Shown here: piece by piece, positions 37,484-49,900 of the stretch
Position numbering within the stretch: position 1 is the stretch's first letter
Layout of the letters: each line of letters opens with the position of its first letter
Assembly: GCA_030612505.1 (NCBI GenBank)
Contig: JAUWNU010000001.1
Location: 1,233 to 65,232, forward strand
DNA length: 64,000 bases
Origin: Methanomassiliicoccales archaeon
GTDB lineage: Archaea > Thermoplasmatota > Thermoplasmata > SG8-5
Reading direction: 5' to 3'
Made by a program: the position numbers and the translations under genes
Notes under the pieces: model-generated
What the model was told of the DNA's origin: nothing
Database searches by the model: none
The model's input: only the letters and a program-made list of their open reading frames with translations

Positions 37484-38824
37484 TCATGAACTAGGCTTGC
37501 GTCTGACAGCGATGAGGATACAAGATATAATGACAATTCCAATGAGGGCTGCCCATAACACCCGGTTGTCAGATCGATTTACACCTTCCGGTCCAATGGT
37601 CCTGTAGACGAGCCAGGTATTATCTGTTGGTTCGGGAAATTGCTCGGCAGTGTTGGTCTCCCAGATAATCATCAAATCGGTATCTAGAGGAAGTAACGCT
37701 GGGCCGCCGAGTAACAATCCCCCTCCATCTCGCCTGTCACCATCCCCGGTTGTGAGTTCGATGGTGCCGCTCCATTCACCATCAACTAATATGCGTATCA
37801 CAATATCAGAATCAGCACCCGTGGTGATGGCCGGGTCATGGGATTGCCAGCAGATATAAAGGGCATCGTCGAACACAGTCATTGTGGGTTTGAAATCGTC
37901 GCCAGAATCGTCCGTCGTGAGTTCGACCAGTGAAGAATTCCAGTGGGAGCCGTCGTAGGCCGCCACGACTATGTCCCAGTCATCACCCGAACTAATAATC
38001 GGATCATTCGTTCTCCATGCCACGCGAAGTTTATCGTCGTGGGTGCATATGGCGGTGTCCGAGTTGTCCTCTGTGCTGGTTGATGTGATATCAGAGATAT
38101 TCTGGCTCCACGAAAAACCATCGAAGGACCGCACGAGAATGTCGCTTCCCTCGTCATTCCCAAAGTTAGTCGTGTAACTCTGCCAGGCCGCATAGGCATT
38201 TCCCTGGAACGTTGTGATGGAAGGGGACCAGTTGTTGCCATTGGTGCCCTCTGACACTACAATCAGTTGCCCCCATTCTCTATTCTCATCCAAACACCTG
38301 GAAACAATGTCATATTGTGAGCCAGTCCACCTCTGCCAGACCACCAGAAGCTTCGAGCCTAGGCTTACGGCCACCGGCATTCTGTCGTTCTGGTCATCGT
38401 TCTCTGGACTCACGAGAATAAGGGTATCGTTATGGCTATTGACCTGTTTCATCACTATCTCGTCGTCTATTCCCGGGTCAACCAATTCAGAATCGCTCTG
38501 CCAGAGTACATAAATCTCACCACAATGTCTTACAAGTTTTGGCATCCCACTGTACCCATCGTCCCAAATAACCAATGGCGGTGACCATTGGCTAGAATAT
38601 TCAGAATACATTATGCATTCTGTGCTGTGACAGTAAGCCGGATCATTGGTGCTCCAAACAAGGTGTCCAGTATTTCCATCATTCAATGCAAAGGGGTCCC
38701 TGTCCATGCCGAGGGCACCGGGCAGGGTGAACTCTGTGACGCCAGTACCACCCACAAAACCAGAACCAATAAACAGCGGACCGGAAATGACCAAAACAAT
38801 GAACAGAAGGACTCGGTACTTCAT
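37484..38824 (-). CDS. Membrane-anchored beta-propeller surface protein
   Basis: Signal peptide; repeated D..P......L.V.WQ...D.DIV blades; C-terminal TM helix + RRK. Confidence 0.75.
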   Translation of the reverse strand: MKYRVLLFIVLVISGPLFIGSGFVGGTGVTEFTLPGALGMDRDPFALNDGNTGHLVWSTNDPAYCHSTECIMYSEYSSQWSPPLVIWDDGYSGMPKLVRHCGEIYVLWQSDSELVDPGIDDEIVMKQVNSHNDTLILVSPENDDQNDRMPVAVSLGSKLLVVWQRWTGSQYDIVSRCLDENREWGQLIVVSEGTNGNNWSPSITTFQGNAYAAWQSYTTNFGNDEGSDILVRSFDGFSWSQNISDITSTSTEDNSDTAICTHDDKLRVAWRTNDPIISSGDDWDIVVAAYDGSHWNSSLVELTTDDSGDDFKPTMTVFDDALYICWQSHDPAITTGADSDIVIRILVDGEWSGTIELTTGDGDRRDGGGLLLGGPALLPLDTDLMIIWETNTAEQFPEPTDNTWLVYRTIGPEGVNRSDNRVLWAALIGIVIISCILIAVRRKPSS

Positions 38825-38835
38825 ACGAATACCAC

Positions 38836-39366
38836 CTAGGGAACTCTCTGTTGGCCAGCCAGCTCTTTCAGCTTATCAATACTGGCCAGTGAAATCAATT
38901 CAACATCAATACCGGCAAGTGCTTCTCTTGCTCCTTCTTCCCGGTCAACAATAACAATAGCCTTGTCCACCAGGCCCCTATGTTCTCGGACAGCGGCAAT
39001 GGCCCTTATCAGGCTTCCGGCAGTTGTCACCGTATCCTCAACAAAAAGCACTTTTTCACCGGCTGCCAGTCCCCCTTCAACAATGTTTCCTATGCCATGG
39101 CCTTTTCTATGTTTACGGATCATGAGATAGGGTATGTCAATCTCCAAGGATAGTGCTGCGGCAATTGGCACCGCACCGAGCTCCACGCCTGCTATCTTCT
39201 CAGCATCCCCTATGTATGAACTCATTGCCCTGGCCACCTTTTTCAGAAATTTGGGCTGAGTAATAACTACTCTCAAATCAACATAATAATCACTTTTTCT
39301 GCCTGAAGCCAGAGTAAAATCTCCAAGTTTGAAGGCTCCGGCATCTACAATTTCTTCTTCCAGCAT
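38836..39366 (-). CDS. pyrE: Orotate phosphoribosyltransferase
   Basis: GDFTLASGRKSDYYVD, VLFVEDTVTTAGS PRPP motif, IVDREEGA. Confidence 0.95.
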   Translation of the reverse strand: MLEEEIVDAGAFKLGDFTLASGRKSDYYVDLRVVITQPKFLKKVARAMSSYIGDAEKIAGVELGAVPIAAALSLEIDIPYLMIRKHRKGHGIGNIVEGGLAAGEKVLFVEDTVTTAGSLIRAIAAVREHRGLVDKAIVIVDREEGAREALAGIDVELISLASIDKLKELAGQQRVP

Positions 39367-39414
39367 TTATTCACCTACCAGGGCACATCATTTCCCCTTA
39401 TTATAAATTATATA

Positions 39415-39996
39415 TTACCAGGGGACGTCTTTCTTCCCCATTTTAAAACCTATGATGTTCACAACCCTGTGCATTACTGGGATAAGAATTATCAATCCAA
39501 TGAAGCCAGCCAGATAAACGCCGTCAATAAAATTATCATAGAACCAGGTCCACTGAAGCGGCACAATTAAAATCATTGCGCCAATAAAGAAATCATATTG
39601 GTCCATTATTGGGAACTTGGCCCCGCGTTTCTTGCCAATACGGCGCTTTATGAAGCTTCCCAGCATGTCCCCGAACATTGAGCCGAAGGCCAGCAGAAAT
39701 AGAATTGGCAAGGCACAGGTGATGCAGGGATTTATTGTCCAGTTTGGCTGATTCAAAAAGCCCATTATGATTATCTGGATTACTCCCAGAATAACACCGC
39801 TGAGGGTTCCGCCTATAAGTCCATTCCAGGTCTTTCCATCGCCCAGTATTCTGGTGCCGTTCTTCATTGTCTTGCCGAAGTCTACAGGTGTTCCACCACC
39901 GAATAGCACCGCTGCTGAATTGGGTATCAGCATTGGAACCATTAGCCAGACCGCTCTCAGAATTGCCATGACAATTTCCAGAATGTCCATGAGCAT
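39415..39996 (-). CDS. carS: CDP-archaeol synthase (DUF46)
   Basis: GGGTPVDFGK...RILGDGKTW.G, GDMLGSFIKRR, PIMDQYDF, K.VPW. Confidence 0.92.
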   Translation of the reverse strand: MLMDILEIVMAILRAVWLMVPMLIPNSAAVLFGGGTPVDFGKTMKNGTRILGDGKTWNGLIGGTLSGVILGVIQIIIMGFLNQPNWTINPCITCALPILFLLAFGSMFGDMLGSFIKRRIGKKRGAKFPIMDQYDFFIGAMILIVPLQWTWFYDNFIDGVYLAGFIGLIILIPVMHRVVNIIGFKMGKKDVPW

Positions 39997-40068
39997 GGTA
40001 ATGTTGAGCCAATTAAAAATAGTTGGGGAATGAAATGTTTAATAGTAGCCAGCGCATTAGGGTCTTAC

Positions 40069-40770
40069 ATGGAGAAAATTCAGACTTACATAGAGGGCTT
40101 TGATGAGGTATTGGACGGCGGAATTCCCCAGGGGCATGTTGTTCTAGTTTGCGGGACCCCTGGTACAATGAAGACCTCAGTGACATACAGCATCATGTAT
40201 GAAAATGCCAAGCAGGCTGGAAAAAAAGGCCTTTATATTTCACTGGAAGAGAGCTATGAGGGTCTGAAAGGGGCAATGCTGGACCTGGGAATGGAAGGCA
40301 TTGACGAACTTCCGGTATTCATGATAGATGTGGGAAAGATCAGGCATGCCCATGTAGGCCAGGAAATGAACAAGAACTGGATAGACATACTCCAGAAATA
40401 TATCAAAAAGAGAGTGGAAGAAAATGACTTTGACATCATAGTTATTGATTCGCTGGCTGCGCTTTATTCCCTTGCGCCACTGAGTAATCCCCGTGCCGAA
40501 TTATTTCATTTTGTACGGTTCCTGAAAGAACTAAGGGCATCGGTCTTCCTTATCTCGGAAATATCCTATGGCTCAACATCCCTGGTATCCCATGACGAGG
40601 ACTTCCTGGTTGACGGAATTATTCATCTTAAAATGCATGAGGTTGGGGAAAGTGACTTCCAGCTGAGAATTAATTGTATTAAGATGAGAAGGACGCAGCA
40701 TACAAGAGGCTGGCATCGTTTGATGCATACTGGTAAAGGGTTTAATGCAACGCCAATTATTTCTGATTGA
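40069..40770 (+). CDS. RAD55/KaiC-like RecA-superfamily ATPase
   Basis: GFDEVLDGGIP, Walker A GTPGTMKT, YISLEE, IVIDSL, KMR. Confidence 0.85.
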   Translation: MEKIQTYIEGFDEVLDGGIPQGHVVLVCGTPGTMKTSVTYSIMYENAKQAGKKGLYISLEESYEGLKGAMLDLGMEGIDELPVFMIDVGKIRHAHVGQEMNKNWIDILQKYIKKRVEENDFDIIVIDSLAALYSLAPLSNPRAELFHFVRFLKELRASVFLISEISYGSTSLVSHDEDFLVDGIIHLKMHEVGESDFQLRINCIKMRRTQHTRGWHRLMHTGKGFNATPIISD

Positions 40771-40990
40771 AGTTGGTGTAATTTGTATTTAATTGTTATC
40801 CATTTTGCTTGGAGATTGTTTGAATAATGTAAATAAGTCTTACAACCTTAACTATTATCCAGCTATTATCCGGTGCAAGACGATGGCGGCTATGCAAGAG
40901 CTTGAAATGTTTCAACTGTGCCAGAACGTGAACTGTGCTGATAAGACAAAGAATGGTGCCAGTGCAAATCCTCTTGCGGGATTTGTTTTA

Positions 40991-43900
40991 TCAGGGTGGA
41001 ACAGTGAACTCCCATGTATAGTCTAATACATTACCATAAATGTCCTCTGCAACTATTTGACAGACCACAGTAGTTCCAGGAGCAAAACCTGCTTCGTGAT
41101 AGTATGAAACATTGTAACCGTCTGTGATGGGATCTAAATCGTAGAAAACAGAGAATGCGCTGACGTAAAGCCGGATAGTGCTTACTTCCACTCCAAACAT
41201 GTCTGTTATATGAATTGAAATTACAGGTGTTGTATTGGTCGATGCTCCATCTGGTGGAGGATATTCATTTGAATGCTGAGGTGGAATTGTATCGCTTATC
41301 ACAGTCCAAGTGCAGTTGTCTGTGACTTTCACCCAATAACCTTCACCGGCAGTCATTGTGACTGTGGTCAGATCGTAAACATCTCTTATGAGCATTGGTG
41401 CTGTGGAATCATAAACAGCTATACTTCCTACAGGTAATCCAGATAATGCGTCAGAAGCTAGTCTGTCATTGTATGAAGGATAGCCCACAAGGTTATAACC
41501 ATAGTACAAAGGTATCTCAGTAATTATAGGTTTACTTCCCATTACTGCCAATGTAGTATTAGCCGTTGCATGTATCCAAATACCCATTGTATGGTTAATG
41601 TATAGCAGGTTATTTTGATATTCTGGCTTATAGATGTTATAAGATTTCCAATAATCTAATCTTGTATCAAACCACCTTGCACGATCCCACTCGCCTTCTA
41701 TAGTGTAGAATGCAGACCGGATGTATGGATCGAATTGTATATTAGGCAGGGAAATCAGGTTCCAGCCTTCGTGCAATGGTAATAGGAAAGGTTCACTTAA
41801 TATGATTATTACTTCCTTGCTTTGGTTCATATATGCGTTTGGTGTGGCATAACCTATAAGGTTCTCATACGTTGCAGTTGCATAGTGGGGTGTGCTGAGT
41901 GTTCTAGTAATTGAATTCTCCACATATTCTGTACAGATAACCCAGTTAGTTCTTCCATTAATATTCGTGGTTCGTAATTCAACTAAATTGTGAGATGTAT
42001 CATTCACCCAAACGGTTGCATTAGAAGTGGGCTCAAGAGACTCATAGAGAACTTTTACATGGAGGAACCATTGGACTGTAAGATTTGATGAAGCATCCCA
42101 GTATATTGTATTGGTCTTATTGAAGGTTGTATTTAGAGAAACTGGGTGGGAGTCACCACCAATGCTGAAGTCATAACCGGTACTATTTGTAATAGTGGAA
42201 TTTACTATCAGGAAAGAGGAATCATAACAATAGATTGCATCGTTTACAGTGTCTGAAATAATGTTGTTTCTGAGTTCGGTTCTCAGAACGTATTTTATAT
42301 TAATATTCTCCAATACGATTTTTCCCTGCTCGTCAACACTGACATTCAGAGGTATAGTGACATCCCCTAAACCTGTACCTGATACTCTACTGTTCAACAA
42401 GCTTACTAATCCATTGTCTGTTTCATTGATGAAAACGATTTCATTAAATTCACCACTATACACCCAATCCTCAACACCATCATCTCCAATGTCAAGCTTA
42501 ACATTGCTTGAGAAAATGTCATCTCCAAATATTCTCATGTCAACAAAATGAATGTGTGTTGTTTGTTCTTCTTCACACATTTCTTGCCAGGCTACTATGT
42601 TTCCATGAATTGATTGACTAGGATTTGGGCTAATACCTGCTGTCAAAGAAAGAATGGTTGTATTACCATCAGATATGTCATATATGGCAACTCCAAATGG
42701 TCCAGGAACTGCATTGATTATCTGGTAAACTACTTTATCGCCCCAGATTTCCGGTTGCACATTATTATGAGCATTCGTAATCTTAACAGTCTCATTGTTG
42801 GAAAGATTGAACACATAGATATTCCACCAGTTATCCGATGTGACACCATCTTTGTCGCTTTGCCAAGCTATAAAATTATTATGGATACTTGGGGATGTGT
42901 TGATGGTTCCACTGCCAAGTGGGGTAATCCATTTTTCACTGTCATCTCCTCCACCATCTTCAAACACACCATTTAGTCCAAGGTCATATAAGTATATTGC
43001 ATATTCCCAACCTAGATATTTGTGCCATACAATCTTATTCCCAAAGATACAAGGAGCATCATCAATTTCAAGATTATTTGTTATTCTAGTCTCTTCGTTT
43101 GATGTCAGATTATACATATAAATTTCATAATTTCCGTCGCGAGAATCACGCCACACAACTTTATCGTTATGTATACTAGTAGAATAACCTCTGGAAACCT
43201 TGTTGGATAGTTCGGTTACAATATCTGCCGAGATATTATAAGAATATAGGTGATTTTCATATATCCAAACATATTGATCATCCCAAAGAGCACCTTGTAT
43301 TGCCATAATGTTACTTCCCACATCCACTAGATACTCCTCTTCCATAGTTGAAATATTGTAAGTAAAGAGGCTATAAACTCCTTCCCGTTTATCTAACCAG
43401 TATACTCGGTCTTCCCAAACATGTGCATAATGTTGACCCATTCCCGCTGGATTAGAAACTACTTCTACACTAGTTCCTAATGATTCTCCTGAAATCACGA
43501 AAGTTGACTCATCCAAAATAATGGCCCTGTTTGGAACAGTGAGTGTTGGTAGGGGATTAAGATACGACTCTGGATTGAAAAAGCCGAAATCTCTTTTTCT
43601 ACTCCCATCAGAAAGGCAATTTATTGAAAGTTCTGGAGAATAACTAGAATTTTCAAAATATACACCATAACCATTGATTGAAATGATATTATTTGCTATA
43701 TAAGGACCTGATGAACGGGAATATATTCCGTATGCTATGTTCTGGGAGATATTGTTGTTCATAATCGATGGATGTGAGCTATCACAAAATATACCATAGT
43801 TGTTCAATCTTATATTGTTCCCTGTTATATTCATTGGTTCTTCGTTTGAGTTTATGTAGATACCATAACTAAACAAAGATATTGTATTGTTCTCTATGGT

Positions 43901-46900
43901 AGTTTTTGCTGTTCCGTATATGCCTATTCCTCTTTGGGTTCCGGTTCCAGTGATGTTGTTCTCTTGAATTACAGGATAACATGTATAGGTGGTTGAGGTG
44001 GATCCATAAGCATACACTACATGCCCTGTTCCAGATTGTATGAAAGTATTGTTCTTAATGTTCGCTAAGCTATCGTAGCAGTAAATGAGGTTGGATGAGC
44101 TTCCAGAGATATTATTATGGGAAATAGTTGTTGGTCGTTTACCTCCATACATATAGATACCATAGGTGTTGCTTGAGAATATATTGTTGTAACTTATTGA
44201 CGGCCAAGAAGCAAAGAGATAGATGCCATAGGTGTTGCTTGAGGAAATATTGTTTCTTATTACCTCAGTACTAGAAGACCATACCATATAGCAACCATAT
44301 CTGTTTAGGAGTATATTGTTGTCTTCAACGATGGCATGACTACCTTGATCTCTTATACCAGCACCGGATGTATAACCGTATCCATTTGAAGTTATGTTAT
44401 TACCAGCGATTGTTGCACCAGAAGATTGTATATATATCCCACAATTATCATTTGAAGTTATGTTGTTTCCGCTAATTAATGACGTGTCGGATGAAGTACT
44501 CTTAATGCCAACCAGATTTAACTGAATTGTATTGTCGGTTATTGTGCTCTGAGACCACCATCCAGTAAGTATCCCGATGCCATCGTTGGAATTTATATGG
44601 TTCCGTGTTATAATCGCCATTGAACGTATCACAAATATTCCTTGATAATTCAGGGAGATTGTATTGTTATCGACTGTTGAAAGTCCACCTCCCTCTAAAT
44701 ATATTCCACGCACATTGTTTAAAGATATGTTATTGCCATCTCTTAAGACAGGGGACGCCGAGTTGCTATATACTCCATAATTAGTGTTTGAAATAATTGT
44801 ATTACCGATTATACTTGGGCTGGCTAAGATAGCCACAGATATACCGATAGTGTTCCAACCTATGTCATTGTTCTCTATAGTAGGGGCACTGTTATTTACA
44901 TAAATACCTCGTGGGTTTGAGCTTATATTGTTATTGTTGGCGATAATCAATGATGTGGCTGCCTCATTTATTTGTATTCCGTCATTCCAGTTATAATTGA
45001 TATTGTTTGCTTCAATATTTGAGGAACTATCTTTTCCAACCACGATGCCATGATAATTGTCTGTAAGGTTGTTTTTTGTAATATGGGGCGAAGAGTCACC
45101 AATAACAACTATCCCTGACCCTACATCGAAATCAAACATTACAACGAATTTGAAATATTCACCGGAATTATCATCGATAGCAATATTATCAGCAACATCT
45201 TTTGACTGAACCGCAAAATAGTATGTTACACCATGAAGCAAATTCGTAAGAAATACAATGTGGGCTGTGGTCTTTCTCGGGTTCGAAGCTGTTGTTAAGG
45301 GAGGTACATTGTCACCCCAAATTACCGTGCTGTCACTACTTTCGTCAGTGTCCCAGGTGATTGCCACAGTGCCATATGATAATCTTGTGACTGCAATATT
45401 GGAAATAATGGGCATCGTATCGTCGATAATAGCTGTGTCAATAGCTGTTGCCGGACTGCCTGTTCCATCATCTGCATCTTCATATTCAACAGTTATTGTG
45501 TCACCTGATTTTACCTGTAATATATTGTCTGGAGGATTTGAATCTCCATACTCCAATGTCGCACTGCCAGTAAAGTAACTGGAGCCTGAGACCGTCTCTG
45601 TCAAAGTGGACTGTAATAAATCTCCGGTTGGACTGCTCGCGAGGTTAATCATTATGTTTGGTATTGCTGTCAAGTCCGCATCGACCAAGTTTATTCCTGC
45701 TGTTGAGTTTGACTGATATGCCGTTTTATCAAATTCAACAATGCCTTTGCTTGTAGGTGTCCCGTGATAGTTCAGAACAATGGCATAATCCTGGTCAATC
45801 GCAGATGTGGCAGAAATACTATCCTCTAACAAACTTACGGCAATTACTCTTACTATGTAAGTTCCCACCAAAAGCTCCGAAGGATTGATGTACACACATT
45901 CTATATTGTTTATATCATCGTTTTGAATCAGAGATGAATCTGACCAACCGTTTGAAAATTGATTGCCATAATATACCGTACCATCAGGTGCAATCACATC
46001 AAGATCCAGGTTGTTTACCAAGGTCTTAGCTGCATTCGGCGAGCCTGGAGGATCTGTCCAGGCCATTGTGATCTTGAGCGGCTGGGTTGTATCTGTTACT
46101 GTGACCTTATACTCTTGCCATTGTCCGTTTTCCAATAACTGATGGTCATCATGTGTTATTGTGCCTACTGGCTCAAGGGCATTTGTCAGATTCATTCTAC
46201 CCCATCCCTCATTTCCGTTTGGTATATCTGGAGTGCCAATATCATCTGCACTGTTTATCAATACTGCCTTTATCATAGCCGGGCTCGGATCTACTCCGTA
46301 GAGATTTCTGTAGTATTCAATAAACAACGCGGCTCCGCCTGCGACATGTGGACATGCCTGGCTAGTACCTGAACACCACTGATAATCATCATCTATGTTT
46401 TGGTATCCTGCTGCAACCAGGCTTGGGCTTCCATCATGAGTTTGTAAAGAAGCAATCCATGTTCCAGGTGCGACAATGTCTGGTTTAATTCTTCCATCAT
46501 CAGTAAGCCCTCTGCTACTGAAGTAGGCAATTTCATCTGGGTTATCTGCTGCACTGCTCCCCTCTAGTCTGTAATTTTCTGATGCACCCACAGTGATTAC
46601 GTTTTTTGCATTCCCAGGGCTTCCTGTAGAACCTGCACCAGCACTACCTTCATTTCCTGCAGCAAATATCATAGTGTATTCTTGATCTCCAGCAGTATCA
46701 TTGTCAGCGTCTCTAACAAGGGCATCGAATTCAGCATCGTCTAGAGTGTACGCCCCATAACTCCTACTTCCCCAACTGTTACTACCTAGCACTGCTCCAC
46801 GAATAAAAGCATCTTTCACTAATTCTTGATTTGATGGGCCTTCCCAGGAATCTGAATCGCCAAATATCCTCTGAGCCAATATTTTGGCATTTGGTGCAAC

Positions 46901-49900
46901 ACCTAATCCATACAGATAGCTGTTGGTGTCTGTTGTTCCAATTGAAGCGTTACCAGCTACAATCCCTGTACAATGTGTTCCATGTCCATTGATATCTTCA
47001 GCAACACCATCTGTATCATCATCTTCTGTATAGTCAATATATCCTAATACTCTGCCTCGCAGATCTTCATGCATTGTTCCATTTACACCTGTATCGAGAC
47101 CTGTATCAACAATAGAGATATTCACGCCAGTTCCATTGTATCCTAGGCTATTTACATAAGAGCCATAACCTGGGAAAGAGCCGCCAACTATTTCATCAGA
47201 AACTTCGTCAAATATCTCAGGAACCATATAAGGCTCAATCCAATATACCTCCGGAATATGTGCAACTTTTGATACAATATCAGAGTTAATCTGGATTCTC
47301 ATATTGTAATAATCTCTAAATTGCCATTCCTTTAGAACCACGTTGCTCAAAGAAGTGACTTCTGCGACTATATCAGATACAGCATCAGTATTCATTATCA
47401 TAACAGTGACATTTGTAGAATTTTGGAGGTTTCTATTGATTTTTGAGCTGATTTTGTAAGCTGGTTGATATAGGCCGCACCACTGAATGAAAGGCAGATT
47501 TTCCACGCTGGTTTTCGTTGTCTCGTCCATCATTACACCAAATGCATTACTTGGTACAGAGTCATAGACTGTCGCACCTAACCCCTCAATCTGCTCTATC
47601 ATTTCATTTGTAAGAGGTTCGGAGAACTGGACAAGATACAACCCATCAACCCCCGGCGGATAAGCTTCGATTTTAAGATCACTTGAAATTAACGGTTCAC
47701 CTTCAATTGTATCAAATGAGATGGAATCCAGTGATATTTGAGTTTGAGATTGCGGTCTTCTATTGAGTAATTGAAGAAGTGCTGGTGAAGAAAAGATGCT
47801 ACCGCCTGAACCGGGCAATCCTTTTCCACTGTATGTTGTAGCAGAAACAAAGTTATCCGAGATGTATGGCGATCCACCAGAGACAACAATTCCTGCTTGC
47901 CCATTGAAAGTTATTGTGTTTCCAATAATCGGTACGTTAGACAGAATCGAGCTTACTCCAAACCCGGTATTAAATGAGATGTTATTATTGGCAATTTTCG
48001 TGTATTCTGAGAGTAAAAATGGAACTGAAACAGGATTTGCTTTTGAGGATCCTACGAAGATTGTGAATGTTTGGTACGCATCGTTCAGCCACAGATCGAA
48101 AGTCACCGTGCCACCAGTTATGTTAAAGTCCAATGAATCCTCACCGCTTCCTTCATTCATGTTAAAAGATGTCGGATTGCCTATTCCTGCAGTATCGCCT
48201 TCTCCTGTCTCAAAGTCGAAGTAGTTCAAATTCGTAAAGCTCTCGCTTGCAGTTATTGTTCCGTTGAAGTAATCTGTACCTCCGTCGCCACTCATTCTCA
48301 AATGCCAACCAGCATTGTCATGCCAGATGAAATAGCCCACATCTGTTCCGGGAATGTATGTCGGCTCACCATAGGGACTGATCATATTATGGACGCTGGT
48401 GCCATTTCCCTGATTATATTGAATTGTATTGTTTACAATCCTTCCGATGGACGAATCCAGGTATATTCCTTCACCAACATTGTCTTCTATCAGACAATTT
48501 TCGATTATGGGGCTGCTCATGCCCTCGACAAAGATACCGTGCCCGAGGTCTGCCTTGGTCACATTGCTGTTCATGATTGTTGGAGAGGAATCTTTGACGT
48601 AGATGTTGTGTGTGGTTCCTTCCATGATTTTACTGCCAGCGATATTTACTTTACTTCCTTCAAGTGCCTGGATGCCTCCTGGTTTGCTGAGGTCTGAAAT
48701 ATCGCCCCACATCCACCGAACAGAACTGTTATCCGTGACGTTGAGCCACGAATTAGTGAAAAACTTGTATGAAAGAGATTCTTGTTTTGCAACGATAATA
48801 GACCGATCTAAGATATCAAAACTTCCACCATGATTGAGTTTTATCTTGAGCGGTGATTCTAATGGGTCAATCCTGTCTATTCTCAATGTGACATTATCTT
48901 CGAATATCAGTCGTCCGGTAGAATTGATTATCAAATCTCCGCCAAGACCGTATCTGTCCTGCAATCTTATCTCCACATTATTGTATCTCTCTTCTGTGTC
49001 CACGTAATGCGTCGAGTTCCACCAGATAGTTCCACCAATCACCCACACACCTTCCCTGATGACATTATCGCCTTCATTTGCCTCGCCGATTTTGTTCTCG
49101 GGGTCTATGTGAATGTTCAGATAATGGGGGCCTCTGGTCTCGGGAGTCCATTCAAATGTAACAAAATCTTCGGAACCGCTCTCTATCTTGCTGATGGTGG
49201 ATGAGGATAAAAGCGTCTTATCTCCGTTCTCTAATTCATCGTATATATCTACTTGAACATCCTTGGCAGATACTATTCCAGCATTGCTCACGGGAATTTT
49301 TATCCAGCTTGGTTCGCCCTTGATCAAATCGCCTTCTATCTCAATGTATTGTGGTATCGCTGTAAGGTCTGGTGGAAATATCAATCTGGTTTCATCTATC
49401 TTCACAATCGCCCACGTGCCAAATATCTCCGGCAATCTTCCCTTTATCACATAATCTCCTATCTCATCTTTTGTTTCGAGAAGAAGTTCTTCACCAGCTT
49501 CTAAGAAAGCTTGTATATCTTTGTCTTCTGCCAGATTCTTCATTGCAGTTTGATATTTGTTGAGAGCAAGTGAAAATTTATTGTCGATAATTCCCCACCA
49601 ATTATCTCTGCCGAGTTGAATTGTACCTGTAACTCTTATCTCGGCAATGCTTTTCTCCGCATTTGCGATATCTTCAGACATAGGATTATCGACCATTACA
49701 TCTGTAGTTTCAATCAAGTTGTTAATCATAGACCAGACTTCCAGTATCAACATATCTGCGTCTGCCTCGTTGATTGTTCCCTGCTTCTCAAGCAAGGATA
49801 TCTTGTCTACTACCAAAAAGGCAGAATCAACCGCGTGATTTAATGTATTAACTGCCTGTGCTGTCTTCCCATTGTCATAGAAATTATCAGCGAGATTCAA

